Program-made: the position numbers and the translations under genes
IMG/VR virus record: IMGVR_UViG_2597489997_000001
Coordinates: 64,001-128,000 of that record
Length of the DNA stretch: 64,000 nt
Strand: one strand, 5' to 3'
DNA from: a virus
Taxonomy: Duplodnaviria > Caudoviricetes
The notes under the pieces: model-generated
The model's database searches: none
Told to the model about the DNA's origin: nothing
Seen by the model: the letters and a program-made list of their open reading frames with translations, nothing else
Part shown: positions 27,354 to 37,891 of the stretch, one piece after another
Layout of the letters: every line of letters begins with the position of its first letter
Numbering within the stretch: position 1 is the first letter of the stretch

Positions 27354-28608
27354 TGTTCTCAAAGATCTGAAGATGGCTGAGATCTCTTTAGCGAAAGTTC
27401 AAGATGTCGGTAAAATGACGGATGAAGCACGTGACATTCTGAATAACTTCCGTACTGATGTGCGGATTAAAGAAACTGTTCAGAACGCCTTGGAGAATAT
27501 CGAGTCTAAACAAGACTACGAACTGACTCCGAGTATTGCCGCTGAGATTGATAACGTTATCAATACTCACTCTGATATGGCAGTGCGTGCAGGCCAGCCG
27601 GTGATTGCCGGTACTGAAGCTTTCGGGATTTCTCTACTTCCAGCGGAATGGCGTCGTACACGAGCACTAGCTCTGCGCGAAATGCTTGATGAAACGTATC
27701 GTAACATCAAACGCTGGGCTAACCAATTGTCAGACAACTTCCAGCGTACCTGGGTTGAGCTACACACATCCACAGAAGTATTAGAAACTCGCCTGGAATC
27801 CCTTGATGCTACTATTGATGTTGTCGGGGAGATTAAGGAAGGTTTCAAAACGATCGAACTGAATGAGTTAATTGCTCGTTCTATTTCTAAGAGCGGTAAA
27901 GTTATCACTACCGATCTGGATCGCACTTTGCTGGGTGATGTAAACTACATTATGTCTTGTATTAAACTGTGGGAGATGGAACAGGTTCGTTTCAAGAACA
28001 CCATCATCCGTTACTTCGGTAATAAGAACAATACAGACATCACTGTAATCAAGCGTGAAATTCCTAAGATGTTTGATCAACGCCTCAAGGCACCAGGTGA
28101 GGATATTTCCCTGTTGGCTATGGGTACACGTCCAATGCTGGATGGTCATTACTTCGAAGGTTTGACAGTTGCACCACAGTGGATCAAAGATAACATCAAA
28201 GGTCCTGAAGATGCAACCACTTACGCTGAAGCGTTATCTCACACCGGTTACCATGTAATCTCTGATGAGAAATATCGCGTAAATAAAACAACGGTTAACA
28301 TTCTTACTTTGAATCAGATCTATGGTGTTCGTGATATCATCAATACGATCATTAACAGATTGAAATCATTGAATGTTGAAAGTGATCCGGTTAACTTTAA
28401 CCCGGATGATGTTAAGGACGTCCTGAACTCTCTTCGGGCAGCCGAATCTGGTGAAGCACGTGCTTTGCAATATGGTACTATTACTGCTGACTATCAGTTT
28501 GATGTCAATGGTTTTAAAACAGGCGTCTCTGGAGCGTTAACAGTTCTGGCTAGTCATCTGATCACCATGTTGAATCAACATCTCGAATGCTATACCGTCG
28601 AACAATAA
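27343..28608 (+). CDS. Putative processed head protein
   Basis: AGTEAF site at about aa 90; in the head operon. Confidence 0.6.
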   Translation: MTASVLKDLKMAEISLAKVQDVGKMTDEARDILNNFRTDVRIKETVQNALENIESKQDYELTPSIAAEIDNVINTHSDMAVRAGQPVIAGTEAFGISLLPAEWRRTRALALREMLDETYRNIKRWANQLSDNFQRTWVELHTSTEVLETRLESLDATIDVVGEIKEGFKTIELNELIARSISKSGKVITTDLDRTLLGDVNYIMSCIKLWEMEQVRFKNTIIRYFGNKNNTDITVIKREIPKMFDQRLKAPGEDISLLAMGTRPMLDGHYFEGLTVAPQWIKDNIKGPEDATTYAEALSHTGYHVISDEKYRVNKTTVNILTLNQIYGVRDIINTIINRLKSLNVESDPVNFNPDDVKDVLNSLRAAESGEARALQYGTITADYQFDVNGFKTGVSGALTVLASHLITMLNQHLECYTVEQ

Positions 28609-28610
28609 TA

Positions 28611-28641
28611 GGCTAGGGGTTTCGGCCCCTAGCCCTTTATG
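28611..28641 (+). terminator. Hairpin (TTCG loop) followed by TTTATG
   Basis: GGCTAGGGGT-TTCG-GCCCCTAGCC. Confidence 0.75.
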
Positions 28642-28726
28642 TATGTTGTCCGATACTATGCTTAATACATTGCAATGTACATTGGCAGAACCAATTGGTT
28701 ATTCATCTCCTTAAGGAAATAAAGAA

Positions 28727-29767
28727 ATGTCATTTAAAGATATGTTCACCAGCATCGCTGGCCAGGAAAGCGCCGATCTGACCCCAGAAGTTATCGAAGT
28801 TGCTGCCGTTACTGCTGAAGAAGCAGCTGAAGCAATTATCGAAAAAGAACTGGCTGTTCATGAAAAAGACCAGGTAGAAGCTATTGCTCTGGTTGAGAAA
28901 CACGACAACGCTATCGAAGTTCTGGAAGAGAAGATCGAAGAACTGCAAGAGTGTGTTGACGGTATGGAAGCTATGTCTAATGGCTCCCGTGACTTCAACG
29001 CCGAACTGTTCACTCACTTCCACAAAACTGCAATCAAACACGCTAACTCTTTCGGCGCTAAAATGCAGTACCAGGGTGTTGAGAACTTTGCTGACGTTGG
29101 TCTGGCACAGGTCAATGGTTTCGAAGCTCTGAAAGATCTGAAAGAAGTTGCATCTAAGGGCAAAGAAGCCGCTAAGAAATTCCTGGCTGAATTGTTCGCT
29201 CAGGTTTCAGCCGCTATCGGTGCTCTGTTCAATGGCGCTGGCGCGATGGCTAAGAAAGCTGAAGCCATGAAAGCTGCTCTCGGCAAGAAAGAATCCAAAG
29301 AAGGTGATATCACCATCTCTGGTCTGCTGAAAGACAATGGTGCTGATGACTTCCTGAACAAGCTGACCGGTGCTTTTGGTATCGTTAGTTCTGGAGGTTC
29401 CGAAGAAGGCGCTGCTGCTAAAGTTGCCGAAGCTCTGAAGTTTGGTGCCGGTGAATCTCGTTCGGTTAAAGCTCTGTCCATCGCCGATTGTGGTTCTCGT
29501 CTGACTGAAGTTATCAACTTCGGTAAAGGTATTCAGACCATCAAAGGTAAAGCTGAAGCTCTGGTTAAGAGCAACGATGCTGCGGCAGCCAAACTGTTCA
29601 AAGAACGTTCTGCTGACGCTACCGATAAGTTTGATGCAACCAAAGCACAATCCGAAATGCGCAAGTCAGTTAAAGAACTGCTGGCTGGTATCCGTACCGG
29701 TGGTGAAGTGCTGAAGGCTAAACTGAAAGCCGTGCAGGACTCTGTACAAGATAAGAAAGAAGATTAA
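28727..29767 (+). CDS. Internal head protein paralog 1 (phiKZ gp93-family-like)
   Basis: Acidic N-terminal propeptide with AGQES, DGMEA, QGVEN and NGFEA; Lys/Ala-rich mature part; TAAGGA RBS. Confidence 0.7.
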   Translation: MSFKDMFTSIAGQESADLTPEVIEVAAVTAEEAAEAIIEKELAVHEKDQVEAIALVEKHDNAIEVLEEKIEELQECVDGMEAMSNGSRDFNAELFTHFHKTAIKHANSFGAKMQYQGVENFADVGLAQVNGFEALKDLKEVASKGKEAAKKFLAELFAQVSAAIGALFNGAGAMAKKAEAMKAALGKKESKEGDITISGLLKDNGADDFLNKLTGAFGIVSSGGSEEGAAAKVAEALKFGAGESRSVKALSIADCGSRLTEVINFGKGIQTIKGKAEALVKSNDAAAAKLFKERSADATDKFDATKAQSEMRKSVKELLAGIRTGGEVLKAKLKAVQDSVQDKKED

Positions 29768-29787
29768 TCTTTCTGATTAACTATTAC

Positions 29788-29825
29788 TAGGTAGAAGGGC
29801 TTCGGTCCTTCTACCTAATTTTATG
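29788..29825 (+). terminator. Hairpin (TTCG loop) followed by TTTTATG
   Basis: TAGGTAGAAGGGC-TTCG-GTCCTTCTACCTA. Confidence 0.75.
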
Positions 29826-29855
29826 AATTCCAAAATACCGTTAAGGAAATAACAA

Positions 29856-30932
29856 ATGTCTTATCAAGATCTGTTTAAAAATATTCTGGGTGGTGAGTCG
29901 GCGGAACTGACCCCAAGCCAGGTTGATGTAATTGAGAAGACGGCAGAAGAAGTTGCCGAAGATATTATTGAACGTGACATTGCTGTTGCGGAGAAAGACT
30001 TTGCAGTCACTCAAACTACTCTGGAAGCTCATTCCGATAAACTGGAAGTTCTGGATGGTCTGGTTGAAGATCTGGAAGAATCTCTGGATGGGATGGAAGC
30101 CATGACTACTGGTCATTTCAACCCAGAACTGTTTGCGTCTCACTATAACAAAGCAGTTAAGATCGGTAATCGCTTTGGCCTGAACCTGGAACGTCATGGT
30201 GTGGAAAGCTTCTCTTCTAAAGAGACTGCTAACTACACAGTACACGCCGGTGTTGAATCACTGAAAGAAGTCGGTAAGAAAGCTGTGGAAGAAGGTAAGA
30301 AGATTCTGGTTGAAATCTGGAACTCCCTTATCGCGGGTATCAGTAACTTCGTTACTATTTTCAGCTCAGTCAAAACAAAAGCACAAGGGTTGCTGGACGG
30401 CCTGAGCGAAGACAAACTGGTTACCGGTACGGTGAAGCTTCCAAGCGATTCCTTCCTGCTTTACAATGGTAAAACGAATGACTTCTATAAGCGTCTGGTA
30501 AGCATCGCTAGAGCATTCAACAACTACACCCCAAATGAAGACTCCTATACCAATATGGTCAATAGCATAGAAGGTAAAATTGGCGATGGTGGTAAAGTGG
30601 TTGCTAACAAGGACTCTGGTTCTGTTTCTGTTGAGAAGGCTGGTGAAGGTAAATCAGAATCTCAGGCACTGGGTTTGAACGGTGTTAAGTCACTGCTGCT
30701 GGATGTTGTTGAAGGCACTGACGAACTCCTGAAAGCTCAAGCTAACACCAAACAGCTTCAGATGAAACGTGACCAGGCAATTGCCAAAATGGGCTCTGGC
30801 GCTAAAGAAGAGAACTTCGTTAACCAGAAGAAATACGGTCGTCTGTCTTGCAAACTGGTACTGCAAGCTATGGCTGTTCACACTCGTATTCTGAAAGCTC
30901 AGTTCGCTGTTGCTAAAGCAAACTTTAAATAA
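29856..30932 (+). CDS. Internal head protein paralog 2
   Basis: N-terminal ~150 aa align with 28727 (DGMEAM, FNPELF, GVESF). Confidence 0.7.
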   Translation: MSYQDLFKNILGGESAELTPSQVDVIEKTAEEVAEDIIERDIAVAEKDFAVTQTTLEAHSDKLEVLDGLVEDLEESLDGMEAMTTGHFNPELFASHYNKAVKIGNRFGLNLERHGVESFSSKETANYTVHAGVESLKEVGKKAVEEGKKILVEIWNSLIAGISNFVTIFSSVKTKAQGLLDGLSEDKLVTGTVKLPSDSFLLYNGKTNDFYKRLVSIARAFNNYTPNEDSYTNMVNSIEGKIGDGGKVVANKDSGSVSVEKAGEGKSESQALGLNGVKSLLLDVVEGTDELLKAQANTKQLQMKRDQAIAKMGSGAKEENFVNQKKYGRLSCKLVLQAMAVHTRILKAQFAVAKANFK

Positions 30933-30937
30933 TATCT

Positions 30938-30967
30938 AGCTAGAGTGGGGAATTCCCCACTCTAGCT
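30938..30967. terminator. Perfect 30-bp palindrome followed by TTATGTTTG
   Basis: AGCTAGAGTGGGGAATTCCCCACTCTAGCT. Confidence 0.75.
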
Positions 30968-31026
30968 TTATGTTTGTCTGTTGAATATTATGGCCTACTA
31001 CTTAAGTATACTTAAAGGATTTATAT

Positions 31027-32238
31027 ATGTCTTTCAAAGATCTGTTCTCCGGTATCTCTGGTACCGAATCCATGGATATTATTCCAGATACTCAACCTGT
31101 GGTAGTTGAACAAGTTGTGTACAGCCCTGAAGAAGCTGCGCTGATTGTTAATGATCGCGATGTAGCTATTAACGACACTGTCGTCACCCAACTGACCAAC
31201 GTTGTGGATAATACTGCAACGGCTATGGAAGTTCTGACTGATAAAGTTGAAGAACTCCAAACTAGCATCGAAGGTATGGAATCAATGCGTTCCGGTAAAG
31301 TTGAGTTTAACGCGGGTCTGTTCGCTCATCACTATAACAAGGCAGCTAAGATCAGTGCTCAGTTTGGTGCTAAACCACAACATCTGGGTGCTGAGTCTTT
31401 CACTTCCAAGGATGAGCTGGGTCAAGAGCTTCTTGACGGTTGTGAAGCCTTTAAAGATATCGCTAAGAAAGCTGGCGGTAAAGTTAAAGAGATGTTCATT
31501 GCTCTCTATAACGGGTTCCTGGACCTCTTCGATAAATACATCGCTGGGTATAAGAACCTGGGTCAACGTGCCACCACTCTGCTTAGTCAAGTTACTAAAG
31601 ACGCTAAGGATATGGTTGCTGCTGATAAAGTTAAACTCCCAGCTGCATGTGCGTTCGTTGATGATAAAGGTCAAGCGTCCGATATCCCTCAACAGGTTAT
31701 TGCATTGGCTAATGGTCTGAAATCCATTGGCTCTACCGCACATCCTGATGACGTCATGAAAGCAGTTGATTTCGCGACTAAAGGTATTCTGGATCTCGGT
31801 AAGAAATCTCAGATGGGTACCGATGAAACCACCGATACCTATAAAGTAGAATTCAACGACGTTCACTTCACTCTGGTTGTTCCTCGTGAAGTTAAAGGTC
31901 TGGATCAGTTGGCTCTGAAAGATATCGGTACCGATAGCAAAGCTCGTGAAGTAAGTGGAATGGCTCCTAACCAGTTGATCAGCCTGCTGAAAGAAATTGA
32001 AAGCTACTGTAAGAAACTGGAAGCGGTTGATCTTTCCCGTAAAGGTCTGACTACTATCCGTGATAACGCGATCGCACGTACCAATGCTGGCTTTGAAGCC
32101 AAGAACGTTCAGAACCTGCACGCTGGTATGCTGAAGCTGTGCAAAGGTGTATCTGAACTGTCTGGTCGTTCTATCAAAGGTCAGTTGGCTTTCGTACAAG
32201 CTCAGATCTCTCAGTCTACTAAGAAAAAAGAAGACTAA
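31027..32238 (+). CDS. Internal head protein paralog 3
   Basis: Starts MSFKDLF; EGMESM, FNAGLFAHHYNKA, LGAESF, DGCEAF; ends KKED like paralog 1. Confidence 0.7.
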   Translation: MSFKDLFSGISGTESMDIIPDTQPVVVEQVVYSPEEAALIVNDRDVAINDTVVTQLTNVVDNTATAMEVLTDKVEELQTSIEGMESMRSGKVEFNAGLFAHHYNKAAKISAQFGAKPQHLGAESFTSKDELGQELLDGCEAFKDIAKKAGGKVKEMFIALYNGFLDLFDKYIAGYKNLGQRATTLLSQVTKDAKDMVAADKVKLPAACAFVDDKGQASDIPQQVIALANGLKSIGSTAHPDDVMKAVDFATKGILDLGKKSQMGTDETTDTYKVEFNDVHFTLVVPREVKGLDQLALKDIGTDSKAREVSGMAPNQLISLLKEIESYCKKLEAVDLSRKGLTTIRDNAIARTNAGFEAKNVQNLHAGMLKLCKGVSELSGRSIKGQLAFVQAQISQSTKKKED

Positions 32239-32249
32239 CAAACATAATC

Positions 32250-32281
32250 GGATAGGGGGCTCTCGCCTCCTATCCTTTATG
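32250..32281 (+). terminator. Hairpin followed by TTTATG
   Basis: GGATAGGGGGC-TCTC-GCCTCCTATCC. Confidence 0.7.
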
Positions 32282-32311
32282 AATGCTATGATCTAAACTA
32301 GGAGCTTAACG

Positions 32312-33397
32312 ATGGGCAAATTAATTCCGGATCCAAAAGCCCCGAACGAATCCACCGATTACATCTATGGCGAACGTTTGGCGCCGTTCGAAGAAAGAAT
32401 GAATTTCTTTCAGAACGAAAAGGTCGTGGTTAAGAAAGACAACGTTAAGGATGAAGATAAGGCTGAAGTAGATGGCCTAGAATCGCTCATACAACGTTTC
32501 AGTGATTGGGGTAAGCTAAGTTTACCTGGGTCAGTTGAAGTGGCTGTAGAGGGCGGTACAGTAGCTGGTGTTGAGGGTAGTGATCAACCTATCCCTTGGA
32601 CTAAGTACTTTATTCAGCTTGCTAAAGAAGCGGTTGATTTCATTCTTAACTTTATTAACAACCGTATTGCACGTATTGACAACCGAACCTACCGGACGTC
32701 TCTGAACCGTAAACGATTGGGTGTGAAATCAGTAGAGGTAACTTACCCTGCTGGTATCCGTCGTTTGATTGTTCCGCTGACTATCTCTACCGACCCTAAT
32801 TGGGTTGTCGGTTCTATTGACACGCTGCGTGACTTCTATAAGCAGTCCATCCAAGCTTATCGCTTCCTCACTGCTTCTATTAAGAATGCCGGTGGTGAAA
32901 CATTTGATCTAACTCGTTCGGTAGATGAAACTATCCGTGGTGTTGCCAAATGTTTTAAAATGAAAGCTCAGGGTGAAACGTACGGTACCGATATTCTTCC
33001 TGGTAACAGAAGAATGTACCTGAACGAAGTCACCGATGGTAGCACGGGTGGTATCGGCATCTATTTCTCATCAAGCGGAACTGATGCACGTATGCGTACC
33101 AATGTCTTTACCCCAACAGGGTATTTGATTGACAACACACTGAAGTCCATCGATTCAACGATCAAAGAGATTCGCTCTAACCAGAGTACGGTCTCTCAGT
33201 TGTACAGAACGTTTGAACGCGATGTGGTTAAGTACCAGACAATCAATAACCTTCGTATGGGTGCAGATGGTCGTCAGTATCTCGGGTGGTTAGTTCGCTT
33301 TGCTAAACGTCTCATGAACATGGTTCTGATTTACGTTATCAACGGACTTGACTGTGGTCTTGACTTCTGTAATGCGGGTATCCAGGATGACAATTGA
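32312..33397 (+). CDS. Putative processed head protein
   Basis: AGGAG RBS; DGLESL and AGVEGS sites followed by an amphipathic helix. Confidence 0.6.
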   Translation: MGKLIPDPKAPNESTDYIYGERLAPFEERMNFFQNEKVVVKKDNVKDEDKAEVDGLESLIQRFSDWGKLSLPGSVEVAVEGGTVAGVEGSDQPIPWTKYFIQLAKEAVDFILNFINNRIARIDNRTYRTSLNRKRLGVKSVEVTYPAGIRRLIVPLTISTDPNWVVGSIDTLRDFYKQSIQAYRFLTASIKNAGGETFDLTRSVDETIRGVAKCFKMKAQGETYGTDILPGNRRMYLNEVTDGSTGGIGIYFSSSGTDARMRTNVFTPTGYLIDNTLKSIDSTIKEIRSNQSTVSQLYRTFERDVVKYQTINNLRMGADGRQYLGWLVRFAKRLMNMVLIYVINGLDCGLDFCNAGIQDDN

Positions 33398-33902
33398 TAT
33401 TATCAACGTCAATGGTCGGCATACAAAACAGCTGGTCATTGATGCATTCAATAAAGTCAATGGTACTCAGGTAAATCCTGATTTCCAACAGCTCGAGTTT
33501 GAAAGAACAGGTGACAGTAATAAGGTTATGTTGCATAACCCTGGTTCTCAAAAAGGAGCTCTTATTAATAAGATCTCTCTTAGTGACCTGTTCCCCAAAA
33601 CTATCGACCTGAGACCATTCAAAGAACGTACGGGTAATCTACCCGAGTATAACGAGAATGCTGTTAAGTTAATTAACGATAGACACAACACAGAACTTGT
33701 TCACCCAGGTAAAGATGTTCTAAAGGGTCGGACTAACATTCTTGTTGATGATGTTAAGATGTTCCTTCTGTTTTGTCGTGTTTATGGTTTCTACGAACTT
33801 GATATTTCTGAAGTTGAGATTTACAACTTTGGGACATCGCTCGTTATCACACCAAACCAAAACAACCAAATCTACACTGGTACACTTGAGGTCTTAATAT
33901 GA
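33387..33902 (+). CDS. Putative virion structural protein
   Basis: ATG 33387 overlaps the upstream gene end; C-terminal ITP...IYTGTLEV strand motif. Confidence 0.6.
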   Translation: MTIDIINVNGRHTKQLVIDAFNKVNGTQVNPDFQQLEFERTGDSNKVMLHNPGSQKGALINKISLSDLFPKTIDLRPFKERTGNLPEYNENAVKLINDRHNTELVHPGKDVLKGRTNILVDDVKMFLLFCRVYGFYELDISEVEIYNFGTSLVITPNQNNQIYTGTLEVLI

Positions 33903-34483
33903 CTTATGCCAATTCTGATAACTACCTACTGCTCAAGCAGCTACTGGTAGCTTTGAAGTTAAAGCATCTGGGTAGTATCGTAGAAGTTGGCAATATCGAG
34001 ATTACCAAGGATGGTGGACTCACTGATAAAATCTGTGAGTTAATGGCTACCATGGAAGCTGACTTCACTTTACCATATGCTCTGCTACGCGACATGCCGG
34101 TCCATATCGACATGTATCATATCCTGGACAGAATGCCAGCACTACATGACACCATCATCACAGACGACGCTATGGCGCCTAGTTTGGATGATAAGGATGG
34201 TCTTTACCGTTTGGTATTCAGTGCTCCAGATATTGAAGGGTTCGGGATCCAAGCGAAGGGTAAACTGAACTCCTATTCTAATACTCGGTTACTGGCTGGT
34301 CGCTTAGTTGAGGCCGCTTCATTAGGACTGACTCGCGTTCGCAAATGGGCTGAGAAATCAGATGACCCTATTCCATTGACGCAGATGTTAACTTTGCTCA
34401 ATGCGGTAGAAATCATTGACTGGCTCTTTGCATACACCAACGATTATTACGGGGTTCCTGAAAATGACCTTAAACGAGAATAA
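33899..34483 (+). CDS. Hypothetical protein
   Basis: GAGG RBS; ATGA overlap. Confidence 0.65.
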   Translation: MTYANSDNYLLLKQLLVALKLKHLGSIVEVGNIEITKDGGLTDKICELMATMEADFTLPYALLRDMPVHIDMYHILDRMPALHDTIITDDAMAPSLDDKDGLYRLVFSAPDIEGFGIQAKGKLNSYSNTRLLAGRLVEAASLGLTRVRKWAEKSDDPIPLTQMLTLLNAVEIIDWLFAYTNDYYGVPENDLKRE

Positions 34484-35303
34484 CATTGACAACGAGTTCC
34501 AAGTAGTCCAGTTCCACCTGGATGGTTGTGAAGCTCTGAACAATGCTATCAACAGTAACGCAACACTGGCTGGCAATGAAAGTTATCTCCACCTTCATCT
34601 GGATGCTTTAAGTTATTCCGGTATGGAAGCAGGTAACAAGTATATTGACAGTCTGAAGGAAGCGGGCAAACGCCTCTATAAAGAAGTGACTGATATGCTC
34701 AAGCGTATTCGTGAGTACTTCTCTGGCGAAGGTAAAGATGCGGCTGACGCTCGTCTTAATGAGGCAAAAGAAACTTCCGATGCTCTCGGTAAGATGACGC
34801 CTACTGCTCCATTGCCTGATGACCACCCGGCTCGTAACCCGGATACTTACATCAAAGATCTGGAAGGTGGTGTTGACTTCAATGAACTGATTGAAGAAGA
34901 CAGTAAACTTCGGGGCGCTATGGAAAAGGTACGTCGTGCCTTTGAACCTGTTAAGAATGCGGCAACTGTAGGTCAGTTGCGTGCAGTCTATGCCCAGGCC
35001 ATTAAGGCATCTGAAGATGCTATCAATGTGATTTCCCGTAGCCTGGATGAAAAAGTTCGTAAAGCAGAAGCAGCGGCTTCTAAATTGCGTAATCCTAAAA
35101 CACCTAAAGACACTGATCCTAAAGAAGTTTCAGATGCGGTGAAGCAGGAAAACCAGGAAGCTACCAATACGGCTAAGATTGAAACACGTCAGGCTCGTAT
35201 TGTCGGCGGAATGCGTAACAAGATCGTTGCTGCGCTAGGTCACATCCAGTCATCTGGGCGTGGTCTGAAAGCCAAGATGCCTAAGTCCAAGTTTAAGGGG
35301 TAA
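34464..35303 (+). CDS. Putative processed head protein
   Basis: DGCEAL, AGNESY and SGMEAG sites; helical Lys/Ala-rich body similar in layout to 7122. Confidence 0.6.
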   Translation: MTLNENNIDNEFQVVQFHLDGCEALNNAINSNATLAGNESYLHLHLDALSYSGMEAGNKYIDSLKEAGKRLYKEVTDMLKRIREYFSGEGKDAADARLNEAKETSDALGKMTPTAPLPDDHPARNPDTYIKDLEGGVDFNELIEEDSKLRGAMEKVRRAFEPVKNAATVGQLRAVYAQAIKASEDAINVISRSLDEKVRKAEAAASKLRNPKTPKDTDPKEVSDAVKQENQEATNTAKIETRQARIVGGMRNKIVAALGHIQSSGRGLKAKMPKSKFKG

Positions 35304-35305
35304 CC

Positions 35306-36226
35306 ATGAGCTATTCATTTAAGGAAGATGTCACCGCCAGATTACCGGACGGTCACTCCTTAATACGAATGTACTCAGTAGGTGAATCCGAAACCCACAT
35401 AGAAACTCTTAAGGGCTCCATTAAGCATACTTTCATAATGGCCAAGGTGGATGTCTCACCTTGGTTCCTTAAACTCCCTACAATCGCTCTCAAAGAGAAT
35501 GCGACCTATAATGACCTTTATGCTTTAATTAGCGAGGTCTATTCGTTAGGGTTAGTTGAAGGTGTTGACTATTTTAATGCTCAGCCCGTAAACCCCACAG
35601 AAATCAAGCAGTACTTCGCATTGCCTATTTTGAAGGATAGCCATGGTTATCGTGGTGAAATGCGTTGTTATGCGATTAAGGATGATTTCTCGGGCATCAG
35701 TGGTCATGTACAACGTGATCTTACTGAAGTTGATATGTTGGAAGAATTCACTCGACTGAAGATTCGTAACTACCTGGCTGGTAACCTCTTTACTTATGAC
35801 CGTCCTATGTTTATCGATGATCGGTTAAGTATCGGGTTTATCGACTATGTCTCTTCTTCCAGTTACGATGAGTTAGGTCCTATCGGTCCGGCTTTACTTC
35901 GTGAAGAATTAATTCAGTGTTCTGTTGTTGATGTGTTCAACGATGGTATCTCTGATGTCTCAATTCTTAAGACTGCGTCCAACGAACTATCCTTCTTACG
36001 TTATCTTTCTGAAAAGGGTGATTTACCTTCTCTTAAAAATTACGAGAGAATTGATCTTGAGATAGATGACTCGAAAGGGTTGCCTATTGGAGATAGTGAT
36101 AGTAGTTCGGAGAATCCGGGTCAGGGGAAAGGGGATATTAATAACACGAACGATAGTGAGTTTCCTAATTCCTCTACCGGAGGTAACTGGGAAGTAGATA
36201 AACCAGTAGAGATTGAAATCATTTAA
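35306..36226 (+). CDS. Putative virion structural protein
   Basis: AAGGGG RBS; 306 aa with a low-complexity acidic tail. Confidence 0.6.
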   Translation: MSYSFKEDVTARLPDGHSLIRMYSVGESETHIETLKGSIKHTFIMAKVDVSPWFLKLPTIALKENATYNDLYALISEVYSLGLVEGVDYFNAQPVNPTEIKQYFALPILKDSHGYRGEMRCYAIKDDFSGISGHVQRDLTEVDMLEEFTRLKIRNYLAGNLFTYDRPMFIDDRLSIGFIDYVSSSSYDELGPIGPALLREELIQCSVVDVFNDGISDVSILKTASNELSFLRYLSEKGDLPSLKNYERIDLEIDDSKGLPIGDSDSSSENPGQGKGDINNTNDSEFPNSSTGGNWEVDKPVEIEII

Positions 36227-36233
36227 CTAAGAT

Positions 36234-36266
36234 CCTATTACTCCTTAATCGGGGTAATAGGGTTTT
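36234..36266 (+). terminator. Intergenic hairpin with T-tract
   Basis: CCTATTACTCC-TTAATC-GGGGTAATAGG-GTTTT. Confidence 0.7.
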
Positions 36267-36301
36267 GATGTTATGATTGTAATTAAGAGGGATACAACAC
36301 T

Positions 36302-37891
36302 ATGTTTTCAGTTAAGATTCCTTCATTTGAAACTTACAAGACAGGATTGCGTCCAGCTGTTTTAACATCATTGGGACAGATACTGAAGTATTGTGATATC
36401 GATTTAAATCACAAAATCTTTTTCAATAATGAAGCTGAAGTCTCTAAGTTATTAGGTGGAGAGTATAATGGGAGACGAGGGGATGATGTTGCTACGGATG
36501 TTGGTTTTGATAACAAGATCTTCGTAGAGCTGGAAAGAGAGTTAGCCGGATATAACGATGAGTTGGATGGGAACACCACTGACGATACCGTTCCTCCTGT
36601 TTGGAGAGATCCTATCACAGGCTCCACTATTACTCCTAAGTACAGTACCCGTCGTTTCAACGTGACAGTTAACAAGTATTTCAAAGATCGTGTTAGTGCT
36701 GAGCGGTTCTATACCAACATTCGTTCTAAGACATTGGGTATCCATCAGAACAGTGAGTTCTCAACAGAGACACACTACCCGATTACTTATCCGATGATGC
36801 AGTGTTACAAAGAGATCTTCGACAGACTCATTGTTGCTAAACAGTTGCCTGATGATAAAGACTTTATTGACTGGATGATGGAATGTTCTACAGTACCTTC
36901 TGGTATCTTGAGAAACCTCATCGGTAATAACCCGGTCTTTGTCTTTAAACAGTGTATCGATGAAATCGGTATCAATATGGAAAACCCGAACATGGCTCAG
37001 GTCAATCAGGGTAGCTATATTGGTAAGTACGAGGTGAGTTTCCGTTATTGGTTCTTCTGGTCTGAACATACCGAATGGATTAACCGTTATCCGTTACAGG
37101 TATATCAACAGCCAATGCCTGAAGAGTATATTCCTGACGTGTTTGAAAAGAACATGGAAGATTATGCTACTCGTCGCTTCTTCGAATCAGCAGCTTCTGC
37201 TGTGGTGTTCGATTACAAGAAGAACAAAGATCCGTTCTATATCGTTCTCCCTAAACAAGACAACTGGAGACCAGCCCCGGAATACTGGATTAGTCCCCAG
37301 CTTCAAGTCGTTGTTAACATGGAAGACGTTGACCAGCAGGTGCTTCTGAATATCAAGGAAATCCAAGGTTTCGATTGGAACCCTAAAGTTCTTGGTTATA
37401 TCATGAAGTACCATGATAAGGTTACGAACAGACACGCTAACCCGATGCAGTTCAAAGTGTATTCCGATGATATCCAGGTATTGGAGTCCCAGATTAAGTT
37501 ATTTGATAACGGTGATTTGATCCTGACTCGTAAACCCCGGATGAGTAACATCTACCGAATCACTTTTAACTTCGACTACGCCCTCCGCCTTTACAGCGAA
37601 GAGTGTATTAAGGATTTCCTGAACGACCCGGAATGGGCTGAATGGATCATCGGTAATCTATTCCCGCAATGGCCTTGGAATCCAGGATTCGGTCAAGGTG
37701 GCGAGAATGATTGGTGGGATATCCATAATGGAATTGAAGTCGGGGATGGCGAAGAGATTCATCCATACTTCCCTTACGGTATGTTGTACAGTCTTATTAT
37801 AGCACACCGTGAAGGACAGTCCCACGATCAATTTGAAAACCTCATGAATAAAGGTAACATCGATGGCACAGACTATTATCGGCAGTACTAA
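36302..37891 (+). CDS. Conserved jumbo-phage virion structural protein (529 aa)
   Basis: GAGG RBS; first gene of the block upstream of the hub-like gene (phiKZ gp98-101 region by synteny). Confidence 0.55.
   Translation: MFSVKIPSFETYKTGLRPAVLTSLGQILKYCDIDLNHKIFFNNEAEVSKLLGGEYNGRRGDDVATDVGFDNKIFVELERELAGYNDELDGNTTDDTVPPVWRDPITGSTITPKYSTRRFNVTVNKYFKDRVSAERFYTNIRSKTLGIHQNSEFSTETHYPITYPMMQCYKEIFDRLIVAKQLPDDKDFIDWMMECSTVPSGILRNLIGNNPVFVFKQCIDEIGINMENPNMAQVNQGSYIGKYEVSFRYWFFWSEHTEWINRYPLQVYQQPMPEEYIPDVFEKNMEDYATRRFFESAASAVVFDYKKNKDPFYIVLPKQDNWRPAPEYWISPQLQVVVNMEDVDQQVLLNIKEIQGFDWNPKVLGYIMKYHDKVTNRHANPMQFKVYSDDIQVLESQIKLFDNGDLILTRKPRMSNIYRITFNFDYALRLYSEECIKDFLNDPEWAEWIIGNLFPQWPWNPGFGQGGENDWWDIHNGIEVGDGEEIHPYFPYGMLYSLIIAHREGQSHDQFENLMNKGNIDGTDYYRQY

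Noticed and set aside
31282-32241. 319-aa antisense ORF (likewise 10911..11576 and 25442..26104)
   Set aside because: Same antisense shadow of highly biased sense genes.
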